Assembly (NCBI GenBank): GCA_965219575.1
Contig: OZ244779.1
Coordinates: 428,769 to 492,768, forward strand
Length of the DNA: 64,000 nucleotides
DNA from: Candidatus Oxydemutatoraceae bacterium
GTDB taxonomy: Bacteria > Pseudomonadota > Gammaproteobacteria > Poriferisulfidales > Oxydemutatoraceae
Reading direction: 5' to 3'
Shown piece after piece: positions 42,536-52,426 of the stretch; the first letter of the stretch is position 1, and each line of letters begins with the position of its first letter. Position numbers and translations under genes: made by a program. The notes beneath the pieces were generated by a model. It was not told where the DNA came from, did not search any database, and saw only the letters and a program-made list of their open reading frames with translations.

Positions 42536-43579
42536 TTACGCCGATTGGGTCAATAGGTCGCCGAGTATCTCGTTGATACGCTTAAAATCCTCTTCAAACA
42601 AACCTAAGGTCGTGAAATGCCCCCATAGGCTATCCAACATCTCTATTTTAGAATTGGCTATCATCGCTTGTTCGGCACGACAATCTTGTTCGGGTATAAA
42701 CATATCTTCGGAAAAAGCGATAACGGTTGTGCGGGCGGTAATACGCTGCAGGGCTTTATTCAAATCGCCGTCGTACGGGATACTCACATCACCGTTTTTC
42801 CATTTGTCCGCCATACACAACAACACATTGGGGTCCATCGGTGCAAACCATTTTTCCCAAAAGCCGCTCAGAAATTCGTCCATAGATTTAATGTCTATCT
42901 TTTGCCACAGTTGCCGCTTGTAGAATTCGGGGCATACACCCATTAGTGCAAATACCCGAGCCAAAAGTTGCAAACCGTCTTTGACGACATCGTCCCCATA
43001 ATCGCCGTTGTTCCAAACCGGATCGGATTTGAGTGCCGCACAAAAAGTATCCACATAAAGTGCGTCGTGTGGAGTCACCTTGGCGGTGCCGGCAATCGGG
43101 GCGGCGCGGCGCACCATCTCCGGATAACGCACTGCCCATTCATAAGTCTGCTGCGCCCCCATAGACCAGCCGACAACCAGTTGTAGTTCGGTGATGCCGA
43201 AGTGTTCGTCGAGCAAGCGGTGTTGCGCCCGTACGTCGTCGGCGATATCCAGCGGCGGAAACGAGCTTGCATCGAACGGTGCCTCGCTATTGTTGGGAGA
43301 ACTGGAAAGCCCGTTGCCGAGTTGGTTAGGGATAATGATGAAGTATTTTTTAGGATCGAGTGCCAACCCTTCGCTTATATAATGCTGCAGGCTACCGCTG
43401 GTGCCGGAGAACATCACCGGAAAGAGTATCGCATTGTCTTTTGCGTCGGCGAGTTCACCCGCCGTTGCAAAAGCGAGTTTGCAATCCGGCAACGAACCAC
43501 CGCGTTGCAATTCAAAATCACCGAGATTAAAAATCTCATAGCTTCCATGATTTTTTTCGTTGTAAAAGTCGTTCGGCAT
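42536..43579 (-). CDS. Alpha/beta hydrolase, homoserine O-acetyltransferase (MetX)-like
   Basis: GNGLSSSP, GWSMGAQQ nucleophile, D..IP and WGH triad residues. Confidence 0.8.
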   Translation of the reverse strand: MPNDFYNEKNHGSYEIFNLGDFELQRGGSLPDCKLAFATAGELADAKDNAILFPVMFSGTSGSLQHYISEGLALDPKKYFIIIPNQLGNGLSSSPNNSEAPFDASSFPPLDIADDVRAQHRLLDEHFGITELQLVVGWSMGAQQTYEWAVRYPEMVRRAAPIAGTAKVTPHDALYVDTFCAALKSDPVWNNGDYGDDVVKDGLQLLARVFALMGVCPEFYKRQLWQKIDIKSMDEFLSGFWEKWFAPMDPNVLLCMADKWKNGDVSIPYDGDLNKALQRITARTTVIAFSEDMFIPEQDCRAEQAMIANSKIEMLDSLWGHFTTLGLFEEDFKRINEILGDLLTQSA

Positions 43580-43658
43580 GAGGGTTCCTCCTTCGTATTA
43601 AGTTGATCTAATCATTCTATCGGATGATATCCGGTTTGAGTCTTGTCGTCGGATAAAC

Positions 43659-44486
43659 TTAAAGTTTATCCAAAATTTGGCGCACTTTGTATCGGTAATT
43701 CTCTTCGGATATCAAATCCCGTTCTCGCAAGCCTTTCAGATATCTGAGACGCGCCTCGACGGAGTTGTCGGATGTCGCTCTGCGCTCGTTCTCGGTTCGC
43801 ATCTCGGCTCGCATCTCGGTTTGCTCTTCGGCATCGGAAAGTGCGCGCAAGGTTTCGCGCGGGTCTATCATAAGCCAGTCGCTACGCACGGTGCCGCTTT
43901 TAGTTTCCGCGTAGCGAGTGCCGGGAAATAGCGCAGGCTTATAATCGGAGTCAACCACACGTTCACGGCTACCGATTCTCGGTGGGTTGATAACGCCGGC
44001 ATCTTGTCCCAATAACTTACGCTTGGCGATGCCTCGTCGTATAGACCCGAAAACGATTTGCAACCGCTTATTTCTCCAGAACATACGCCCGGTGGTATAA
44101 GCCGGCTTGCGGATGAGTTTGCCGAGTAGCGGCACTATTTCCATTACTTGAAAAGCGATGTCCTCGTCGGGACGCGCGTTGCCGAAGGCTTCGCTCAGTT
44201 GGATCCCTAAGGATTCGGTTTTTGATTTCGAGAACAACGGTTCGGGTACGTCGTCGTCTTCGGATTTTTTAGGTAAAATTTTTATTTCGGTGAGGATGGT
44301 GGTAAGCGTTTGTGGGTTAATTTTAAGCGGGTGGTTATTACTGATCCCGGGGACACCGTCGCGTGCCACGAGTTTGACGAACTCACCCTCCTGCCATTGT
44401 CCGCCTTGAGCGTATACGCCTATCGGTATGGCAAGGATTACCGATACATAAGCGATGATTTTATAGAATTTTTGGTATGAAAACAT
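43659..44486 (-). CDS. Exported protein with C-terminal SHOCT domain
   Basis: Signal peptide; NNHP motif; C-terminal RLRYLKGLRERDLISEENY. Confidence 0.7.
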   Translation of the reverse strand: MFSYQKFYKIIAYVSVILAIPIGVYAQGGQWQEGEFVKLVARDGVPGISNNHPLKINPQTLTTILTEIKILPKKSEDDDVPEPLFSKSKTESLGIQLSEAFGNARPDEDIAFQVMEIVPLLGKLIRKPAYTTGRMFWRNKRLQIVFGSIRRGIAKRKLLGQDAGVINPPRIGSRERVVDSDYKPALFPGTRYAETKSGTVRSDWLMIDPRETLRALSDAEEQTEMRAEMRTENERRATSDNSVEARLRYLKGLRERDLISEENYRYKVRQILDKL

Positions 44487-44510
44487 TACGCCATTTTAGC
44501 ATTAAACTGT

Positions 44511-44815
44511 GGGGCTGTTGAAAAAGTATTGGCAGCGCAAAAATCCAACCGCTTGCGCCACATGATTATGATAACCACAAAGTCGTAGGGGCAGACCTGT
44601 GTGTCTGCCCTTAAGTACCGTTCTGCACGACATCAACCGCTTGCGCCAACAAATAATGGTTTCCATAATATTAATGGGTGAACGCGTTAATCGTGCAAAC
44701 ATGATACGTTTCGGGCGGACATGCCAGTCCGCCCCTACCACTTTATGAAATACTTTTTCAACAGTCCCACGCTGCCGGCCACCCTTCCGTAGGGGCGGAC
44801 TGGCATGTCCGCCCT
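44511..44815. repeat. Mosaic REP/MITE-like element plus a solo REP
   Basis: GGGGCTGTTGAAAAAGTA...TACTTTTTCAACAGTCCC with an inverted REP doublet; extra GTAG REP at about 44789. Confidence 0.85.
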
Positions 44816-44900
44816 TAGGGGGAGTGTTGCTTGAGAAAGGCTGTTGCCGGCTTATCACCGGCAACAGCATTAAGAGTATATATGAAGGATATTGTTGTAC

Positions 44901-46328
44901 TTAAAAGAACATGATGGCACCGATTGCCAATGTTTTTTCCTCGTTGGTGATACCGCTATGCGCTTCGGCTTCGGTATCGGTGTATTCAAGCACCAAATTC
45001 AACGCTTCACCTATCGGATGATAAAGACCTACTACCACAGATTCGTTGGTATCAACCAAGTTGTACCTAGGGGCGAGGGCATCACCTGTCGCTCCTCCCA
45101 TTCTAGCCGTATTTATTCTAGCTTCATCTCTTTCTCTCGTTTGTCGGTCAAGAGCGGTTTCGTCCAGCGAGCTCTCGCCGTAGCTGATTCCCAGCAGGGT
45201 GCCGGTGGGCATGCGGTAACGACCTTGGATATAAAAACCGTCCGAGTCGCGCTCATTGCCGTTGCGATCCAAACCATCCAGCAAGAAGCCGGTGGTGCCG
45301 ATGCCTTCGCCGTCGTAGTAGTAGCCGACAACATCAAAACCGCCGAAACCCCACTTGGCACCGAATTCATAGCCATCGGCTTCGGCATCGTTGCCTTCAT
45401 CAGCAGCAGTATTTGGGTCGTCGGTAAAGTCCAAATCTTGGCGGATATAGCCTGCCCAGAATCTTGCCGAAGTATCGCCCAGTTCATAACTGTAGTTGAG
45501 CTTAGCTTCAATACCGTAGGTATCTTTTTCTTGTCTTGCATCGTTTCTGCTATAATCAACATCGTCAACCTGTAAAGCTAGGACTTGAGGTCGAGTAAGT
45601 GTTGGATCTGAGCTATTATTACCCATCATATCGACGCTTCCGGCAAGCGAACTTGCTCCCCAAGGATCGACAATCGCCCCGGTGAACGTAAAGCCGTTCA
45701 TGTTCGGCGAAGTATATTGCACTTGGGGTTTCCAATCAGCGTACAAATAACCGACACCGATACGACCTAAGGTGGTATGGCCTCTGCCGTGTGCACCGGA
45801 ACCCACACCGAGTAGCGTCATATCCTCCAGAATTGCATCGCTACCGAAGACACCCAAATCGCGTCCCAGCTTAATCGTGCCCCATTGTTCGGTACCGAAT
45901 GTCAAGAAGACTTGGCGGAAGTTGGTACTACCTTGACCGAGTGCACCGTCTAAACCGCTGGTTAGTCCGCTACCGGTATCGGTACCAGGTTGAAAGCTGA
46001 TATGAACGGCGGTTCTGATGCCGCTGTCGGTGACCGTCGCAGCGGTGAAGTTGAACCAAGACGGCAACAAACCGTCTCTGACATCGGTGTAATCTTCGTC
46101 GTTAGCGTTTCCTAGACAGGCTAGACCGCCTCCGACTAGAGTACCTGCGAATTGCGGGTCACATTCGCCTATGGTCGCAAAAGCATTCACATTGCCGCTG
46201 AAGTCAACCTCCCATGCACCCATGCGCATCATGGATAAACCTTCAAATGCATCGGCGAATGCAGATGTCGGTATTGTAAAGAGTAAACAGCTAACCATGG
46301 TTACTGTTAGTTTTTTGAGATATTTCAT
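44901..46328 (-). CDS. Outer-membrane porin (Gram-negative porin family)
   Basis: Signal peptide from ATG 46328, GTIKLGRD, QYTSP, amphipathic beta strands, C-terminal Phe. Confidence 0.85.
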   Translation of the reverse strand: MKYLKKLTVTMVSCLLFTIPTSAFADAFEGLSMMRMGAWEVDFSGNVNAFATIGECDPQFAGTLVGGGLACLGNANDEDYTDVRDGLLPSWFNFTAATVTDSGIRTAVHISFQPGTDTGSGLTSGLDGALGQGSTNFRQVFLTFGTEQWGTIKLGRDLGVFGSDAILEDMTLLGVGSGAHGRGHTTLGRIGVGYLYADWKPQVQYTSPNMNGFTFTGAIVDPWGASSLAGSVDMMGNNSSDPTLTRPQVLALQVDDVDYSRNDARQEKDTYGIEAKLNYSYELGDTSARFWAGYIRQDLDFTDDPNTAADEGNDAEADGYEFGAKWGFGGFDVVGYYYDGEGIGTTGFLLDGLDRNGNERDSDGFYIQGRYRMPTGTLLGISYGESSLDETALDRQTRERDEARINTARMGGATGDALAPRYNLVDTNESVVVGLYHPIGEALNLVLEYTDTEAEAHSGITNEEKTLAIGAIMFF

Positions 46329-46519
46329 TTTATCCTCCCGAGGATTATTAATCTGATTAAATATCAGGCTTGAAATCAAGCCACTCATACATCTAAATAA
46401 TTAGATGATCTGTAGTATAAAGCAAATAAACATGTATTGATACAAAAATGGTACAAAAATGTTGCTAAAAAACAACAAACCCTAATAATTATATTTATCA
46501 ATACAATAAATATAATCTA

Positions 46520-47257
46520 TTATCCGAGTATGTTCGGGAATTGATCTAGGATTTCTTTATGTAATGACTCAACTTCGGCAGGCGGGCGCCCGCGTGTGCC
46601 CGGCAACGATAGATCGGCAACCACGGTGGACGGTCGTTTAGACATGACCAGCAGACGATCGCCCAAAAACAATGCTTCGCGCAGGTTGTGTGTCAAGAAG
46701 ATGACGATACGCGATGAGATTTCCAGTTGCGACAAAAGCAATTCTCGCAACCGCTGCGAGGTGAGTTCGTCTATGGATGAAAACGCTTCGTCCATCAAGA
46801 GCAACGGGGCTTTTACCGCAAATGCGCGTGCCAAAGCGGTGCGCCGTGCCATGCCTAAAGACAGCGCACTCGGATAACTATCGGCGGCGTCGGCGATGCC
46901 CATTTTTTCCAATAGCGATGTAACTTGTGCTTCGCTGTGTTGTGGTGAAGGCAAAGCCAGCATGATGTTTTCCTTTAATGTGCGCCACGGTAATAAGCAG
47001 GGTTTCTGGAATACATAAGACAGCGGAAACTCACCGTCGGGATGCGGCGGTAGTTCGATGTGTCCGTGGTAGTCTGCATCGAGTCCGGCGATAAGATTGA
47101 GCAGTGTCGTTTTTCCGCAACCCGACGGGCCGGTGATGACGATCAATTCGTGATCCGGAATGGTGAATACAACATCGCGCAGCACTTGAATTTGTTTTCC
47201 ATCGTGGCGCATAAAATCTTTTTTATCGACCTTAACCGAGAGCAACGGGTCGGACAT
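46520..47257 (-). CDS. ABC transporter ATP-binding protein (NitT/TauT type)
   Basis: GPSGCGKTT, LSLGMARR and LLMDEAF. Start at ATG 47257 overlaps the permease stop (TAATG). Confidence 0.88.
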   Translation of the reverse strand: MSDPLLSVKVDKKDFMRHDGKQIQVLRDVVFTIPDHELIVITGPSGCGKTTLLNLIAGLDADYHGHIELPPHPDGEFPLSYVFQKPCLLPWRTLKENIMLALPSPQHSEAQVTSLLEKMGIADAADSYPSALSLGMARRTALARAFAVKAPLLLMDEAFSSIDELTSQRLRELLLSQLEISSRIVIFLTHNLREALFLGDRLLVMSKRPSTVVADLSLPGTRGRPPAEVESLHKEILDQFPNILG

Positions 47258-48024
47258 TATTTGCGCCACCGGTTGACATATCGTTCGAAGGGTTGCACCA
47301 AAAACAATTCCACGAACTGCATGATTATAACGAAGGTTAAACCCCACGCCATAATCCCGGCGATATTGAATAACTGAAATTGCAGATGCAGCTGAAAACC
47401 CACACCGTCGCTGCGCCCGAGCAGTTCGACCACCAACACGATCTTCCAGATCAACGAGATACCCGAGCGCGTTGCCGCGGCGATATAGGGTGCCAACTGC
47501 GGCATGACGACATGGCGCAGTTTTTTCCACCAGCCGAATTGAAATACGAGTGCCATATTTTGCAAACCGCTATCCATAGCGCGTGCGCCTTCGCGTAAAG
47601 TCACGACGACATTGGGTATTTTGTTGACGGCAACCGCAAGTACTGCGGCGACTTCGGTCAACCCCAACCAGATATAGGCAAGGATGATGACGACCAACGC
47701 CGGTAGATTGAGAAAAAACAACAACCACGGATCGAGTATTTCGTTCGCTCTGTTGGAAACACCCATCAGCAATCCGATCGTCATACCGATGAAGATAGCG
47801 AGCGTGAAGCTGGCAATCACGCGCCATAGCGTGATGCCGATATGGACGAACAATTCACCGCTTTCCGTGTATCGGGTTATGACTGCCAATACATCCAGCG
47901 GGGTCGGCAATGAATCCCTGCCCAAACCTAAGGAACCCAGCCACCATATGGTGATGAGTGCTGCCACCGAAGCAATCGGAATAAACGGAAATTTTTTAAT
48001 ATTGATTGCTGCTACAGAGGACAT
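47257..48024 (-). CDS. ABC transporter permease (NitT/TauT type)
   Basis: Multiple TM helices; EGAR loop; WKIVLVVELLGRSDGVG. Confidence 0.88.
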   Translation of the reverse strand: MSSVAAINIKKFPFIPIASVAALITIWWLGSLGLGRDSLPTPLDVLAVITRYTESGELFVHIGITLWRVIASFTLAIFIGMTIGLLMGVSNRANEILDPWLLFFLNLPALVVIILAYIWLGLTEVAAVLAVAVNKIPNVVVTLREGARAMDSGLQNMALVFQFGWWKKLRHVVMPQLAPYIAAATRSGISLIWKIVLVVELLGRSDGVGFQLHLQFQLFNIAGIMAWGLTFVIIMQFVELFLVQPFERYVNRWRK

Positions 48025-48055
48025 AAGTAATAGCTCAATTTATGTTATCGCTACA

Positions 48056-48812
48056 GGGAGATTGTTGAAAAGTTGTGCAGACACGACGGGGCTGTTGAAA
48101 AAGTGCGGCATCGTACGAATCCAATCACTTGCGCCATTTGGTTTTGGTTTCCATAAATTGGATGGATGAATGTATAAATCGTGTAGGCACAACGCGTTAC
48201 GGGCGGACATGCTAGTCCGCCCCTACGGGTGGTTTGCAAATATTCACGGCGCAAGCGGTTACGGTTGCACGCTGACGATACTTTTTCAACAATCCCACGA
48301 CACGACCACCCCGTCAGGCTGCGCCTGCCACCCCTCCATAGGAGGGGAATGTACCAACACTGTAGTTGTGCAGACACGACTGTTGAAAAAGTGCAGCATC
48401 GTACGAATCCAATCACTTGCGCCATTTGGTTTTGGTTTCCATAAATTGGATGGATGAATGTATAAATCGTGTAGGCACAACGCGTTACGGGCGGACATGT
48501 TAGTCCGCCCCTACGGGTGGTTTGCAAATATTCACGGCGCAAGCGGTTACGGTTGCACGCTGACGATACTTTTTCAACAGCAGACACGACACGACCACCC
48601 CGTCAGGCTGCGCCTGCCACCCCTCCATAGGAGGGGAATGTACCAACACTGTAGTTGTGCAGACACGACACGACCACCCCGTCAGGCTGCGCCTGCCACC
48701 CCTCCACAGGAGGGGAATGTACCAACACTGTAGTTGTGCAGACACGACACGACCACCCCGTCAGGCTGCGCCTGCCACCCCTCCACAGGAGGGGAATTGA
48801 CTTGTGCAGACA
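48056..48812. repeat. Mosaic repeat cluster: 2 x 288-bp units followed by 3 x 79-bp CCCCTCC-hairpin units
   Basis: CTGTTGAAAAAGTGC at 48092 and 48380. CAGACACGAC...CCCCTCC-nnn-GGAGGGGAA at 48581, 48660 and 48739. Confidence 0.92.
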
Positions 48813-48834
48813 CGCTATCACCCTTAGGTTGATT

Positions 48835-49578
48835 TTATTTTTTGATTTCATCGAGTAACACCTTGGGCGTACGATAACCTTGTAGCAATGCACCGTTCTC
48901 GAGCAGAAAGGAAGGCGTGCCTTTGATACCGAGGAGCTCTGCCGTGCGGAGATTCTCGTCCAGCGGGGTGTCGCATTGTTTATCCTCTACGGCCATACCA
49001 AGTTTGGCTTGGTTCAATGCCGTCGAGCGATCATCGGCACACCAAACACCGGTCGCTTTCCGGTATGCCGTATCTCCGAGAAACGGGGTTAGAAAATAGC
49101 GCACCCGTATACCGAGCGCATTGACTTGCTCTATTTGACTGTGAAAATTACGGCACGAAGGGCATTCCACATCGCTGAACACATTGAGTGTGTATTGATA
49201 TTCCGCCGGTGAGTAAGTGATTGCCTCTCGCTCGGCGAGCTGCGCAACGATGTTGCCCCTTAATTCGTTCTTAGCCTGCTTGGTGAGGTCTTTGCCGCTT
49301 TCTAGGTCGTATAACGATCCGGCGAGTAAAAACTTTCCGTCTTCGGTCAAATAGTAAACGCCACCTTCAATAACGAGCTCGTAGACGCCGGGCATTGCCG
49401 CCGGTTTCAGACTGTCAATCTCGGCGTTTGGAAAGGAGCCGGCTAGATATTGCTTTGCTTTTTCAATACTCAAATCGCCGGCATCGGCAAGCGTGCCGAA
49501 AGCCGTAGCAAACATCAAAACTACATAGTTAATGACACGGTGAAGTGTTTTTTTCATATCGTACCTCTCAATAATCAA
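48835..49578 (-). CDS. dsbC: DsbC family thiol:disulfide interchange protein
   Basis: Dimerisation domain (PGVYE...DGKF), DVECPSC active site and GTP cis-Pro loop. Confidence 0.8.
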   Translation of the reverse strand: MIIERYDMKKTLHRVINYVVLMFATAFGTLADAGDLSIEKAKQYLAGSFPNAEIDSLKPAAMPGVYELVIEGGVYYLTEDGKFLLAGSLYDLESGKDLTKQAKNELRGNIVAQLAEREAITYSPAEYQYTLNVFSDVECPSCRNFHSQIEQVNALGIRVRYFLTPFLGDTAYRKATGVWCADDRSTALNQAKLGMAVEDKQCDTPLDENLRTAELLGIKGTPSFLLENGALLQGYRTPKVLLDEIKK

Positions 49579-50284
49579 AAGAAGTTAAAATCATCGTTAT
49601 GGTGCCACCGTATGCTTGGTCGGAATACGCTCTCTCTTCGTGGACGAGTTTTATCAACCCCACATTCGGTGCGTACCATTCATTGGTTTCAAACCAAACC
49701 TCGTCTGTGGCAACACCCAGCGATCGGGGTACCTCAACCAAAGCTCGACCTTGAAGATGAAGACAATTTTCAAACTCACCGGCAGGCACCGATATTTTTG
49801 CGTCGTTGCCGACGATTTCCCAATCCATTCTGTAAGTGACGATCCGTTTGAGTTCGTTGATGGTGGGGGTATGGCGGGCGAGTAGATAAGGCTTGGCCTT
49901 ATGCGACCACTGCGTGCCTGCTTGCACGGGATATTTAATTATATAACGCTCGGCAACTCCCAGACGCGGGTAAGGCTCGACGATCGTCCGTTTTGTTGAT
50001 CGCACAATGCCGTCGTTTCGGTCTTGTATATAGTAGTAGTTTCCGGTATTCGTTTTACGGACATGGTATTGTTTATTTTTATCTTCCCAAATTCCGGCAT
50101 TGCTAATTTGTAGTTCGCTTTCTTTGCGATCATAGGGAGTTTCACTCACGACCAAATAGTTCCATTCCAAGTCCTGTTGTAACGGGAAATAGCCGCTCGG
50201 CATTTCTTCGCCACGGCTGCAAGCAACCATAGATGCGGCAACCATCGCAACCGTACAAATTCTAAACAACATCGTGGTGTTCAT
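49568..50284 (-). CDS. Putative lipoprotein
   Basis: Lipobox VAC, YFPL, SVPAGEF and WYAPNVGL motifs. Confidence 0.75.
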   Translation of the reverse strand: MNTTMLFRICTVAMVAASMVACSRGEEMPSGYFPLQQDLEWNYLVVSETPYDRKESELQISNAGIWEDKNKQYHVRKTNTGNYYYIQDRNDGIVRSTKRTIVEPYPRLGVAERYIIKYPVQAGTQWSHKAKPYLLARHTPTINELKRIVTYRMDWEIVGNDAKISVPAGEFENCLHLQGRALVEVPRSLGVATDEVWFETNEWYAPNVGLIKLVHEERAYSDQAYGGTITMILTSFDY

Positions 50285-50793
50285 TTGTCGGGCAATTCGG
50301 GGTCGGGGAGGTCGTAAATTTCAATACGTTGTACAGGCTCCACAAGCAAAGTCTGACCCATGCCCGGCTGCGGCACGATGACATTCTTGAGCTTACCGAC
50401 TTGAGGGATACCGCGCCGCAACCTCTTATTGGCTGCTGCGACTTTATTATGCAGAGACTTGGAATACGGCATTCTATACGCGCGGGGCATACCTTTGATT
50501 TTCTCTTCATCCAACGGCAATGCCCACAGATAGACTGCACCGCCGTCTTTATTTTGTTCTTCGGGTTCTTCTATTTTGCCCGCCAATAAAATAAATTCAC
50601 CGGGCAAATCGGTTTGTGTCGGCCACCCGAGCAAACCCTGCAAAGAGAAATAGGTTGCATAATAAAAAAAGCCGGTCAAGACGATCGCGCCCCCCTTGAT
50701 CCATACCGACCATCTCGTATAAAGACATAACCCCAGCAGCAAAACCGCAAGCGCAACATAAGCGGCAACGATCGCGATGATCGCGGCACTCAT
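50281..50793 (-). CDS. Membrane protein of unknown function
   Basis: Two N-terminal TM helices, LGWPT and PRAYRMPY; overlaps its neighbours (ATGA). Confidence 0.75.
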   Translation of the reverse strand: MSAAIIAIVAAYVALAVLLLGLCLYTRWSVWIKGGAIVLTGFFYYATYFSLQGLLGWPTQTDLPGEFILLAGKIEEPEEQNKDGGAVYLWALPLDEEKIKGMPRAYRMPYSKSLHNKVAAANKRLRRGIPQVGKLKNVIVPQPGMGQTLLVEPVQRIEIYDLPDPELPDK

Positions 50794-51401
50794 ATCGGCT
50801 CCACGGTAACCAAAGACTTCGGTAGCGTATTGATTTCGCCTACGCTACCGTCTTCGTTAACGCTGAACCGTACTGCGGTGCGTTCCGAGTTGGTTGCCTC
50901 CAGTAGCACTTCACCGTAGTAGACGATTTCAAGCCACGGATTGACCTTAGACACGGTCACCTCGGCGGTTACCGGTTGCCTGGTGTTGGATTTGTAGTAA
51001 TGTAGATTGACGGTGTATTCACCCGGGATCGGTTTTCTGAGTGTCACTATTTCTTGATTCAAGGGATTGACGACTGCTTTGCCGTCAACCATTATCGTAT
51101 CGTTGCTCGTGCCGCGATCGTCACGATCTAAATGCATAAAACCAGCCTCGTTATTATTAAACCAAACAACATGGCCTTGTGGATCCTCCACCCATGTATC
51201 GACATCGTCCGGACTTTGATCGGGCCATTTAACCGTAATGATATATTCGGCTTTCAATTCTACATTGCCGTCCTTGGATATCGGATTTAAAAAAATAATT
51301 GCAACCATAAATAAAAAAGTAAATACCAGCAGAACATTGAATAGTAAATCGGTGAAAGGATCCATCGCAAGTGCGGTTCGTGCCTGTCGCTTAAAAGCCA
51401 T
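50790..51401 (-). CDS. Single-pass membrane protein, possible ExbD/MotB-like partner
   Basis: DPFTDLLF with an Asp at the start of the TM helix; periplasmic DVDTWV and LDRDDRG domain. Confidence 0.65.
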   Translation of the reverse strand: MAFKRQARTALAMDPFTDLLFNVLLVFTFLFMVAIIFLNPISKDGNVELKAEYIITVKWPDQSPDDVDTWVEDPQGHVVWFNNNEAGFMHLDRDDRGTSNDTIMVDGKAVVNPLNQEIVTLRKPIPGEYTVNLHYYKSNTRQPVTAEVTVSKVNPWLEIVYYGEVLLEATNSERTAVRFSVNEDGSVGEINTLPKSLVTVEPI

Positions 51402-51421
51402 CGTTTTGAGAAAAAGAATTT

Positions 51422-52147
51422 TTACCGGGTCGCCTCGGGGTAAGTTTCGGCGAAATGGGTTACACCGGATAACAAGCGATCGGCACCACGATCCAACATC
51501 AGGTATTGCAATCCGAGCAACATCGCACCGAGCAATCCGGTTAATGTGGTGTTGAGTGCTACCCGCATACCTTGTGCCATATCACCGAATAACACATAGA
51601 CTTGCGAAACATCGGCCAACGACGCACTAGATAGCGATTTCAGCATGAGTATAAAACCAATCACGGTTCCCAGCAATCCCAGCTTGATCAACAACTGCGA
51701 AAAAAACCATCCGCTTTCGTGCGGACCGTTGGCGTGCTCGCTCAACACTTCGTCGAGTTTGGATGCTTGTTGCGCACCGGCTTGATCGGACAACGATTGA
51801 CGGTGGCGAAAAACGCCGACTAAATAATCGGCTATCAACGACGAAGCTAACACTTGTTGATCAAAATATAAGCGGTTATCGGCAAAATGTAACTTGCTCG
51901 GTGCGTTGATGATTTTCCCCAGCTCGTTTAACTGTTGCGACAAGAACACACTGCGTATCGCACAATGGATAGTGCCGACGATAAAAATCAGCATGATTAT
52001 CAAAGACAGTTTGGTCGGGTCCGTTTTTAGAACATCTTGTATTACGCCTTGCTGCCACGCCAACCAGGTGAAGAACGTTAAAACAAAAATGAAAATAAGC
52101 CACTGCAACAATAGTAAATGTGGATAATTGAATTTGCTATCTATCAT
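51422..52147 (-). CDS. MotA/TolQ/ExbB proton channel family protein
   Basis: LGLLGTVIG...GMRVALNTTLTG signature. Confidence 0.8.
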   Translation of the reverse strand: MIDSKFNYPHLLLLQWLIFIFVLTFFTWLAWQQGVIQDVLKTDPTKLSLIIMLIFIVGTIHCAIRSVFLSQQLNELGKIINAPSKLHFADNRLYFDQQVLASSLIADYLVGVFRHRQSLSDQAGAQQASKLDEVLSEHANGPHESGWFFSQLLIKLGLLGTVIGFILMLKSLSSASLADVSQVYVLFGDMAQGMRVALNTTLTGLLGAMLLGLQYLMLDRGADRLLSGVTHFAETYPEATR

Positions 52148-52426
52148 TTGTGGTATGCCTTTCAGATTAGGAACTTAAATTGTAGCATGAACCGATAAAC
52201 CGAGACCGACAATCATCCGAGGGGTTACTTTATCTACAGTTCCTAGCTGATTATTGTGCAGGTATCATCCTGTTATTCGTGCAAAATCATGATTTATTTT
52301 TTATATCGTTTTTTTAATTTTTTTTTTGAGTTGTCCTTGTTTCATACCTGAATTGCTTGTTATACTACACGGCTGTACGCGCTACATTACAAAGTTCAAT
52401 TTTCATAATTTTTTCAGGAGTATAAA

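Noticed and set aside
44892-45575. 227-aa plus-strand ORF
   Set aside because: Antisense shadow of the porin gene.
47258-47530. N-terminal extension of the ABC ATPase in the ORF track
   Set aside because: It overlaps the permease; the TAATG-coupled start at 47257 is more plausible.
48581-48812. Possible CRISPR array (3 x 79 bp)
   Set aside because: The intervening sequences are identical, so these are tandem copies of the CCCCTCC hairpin module.
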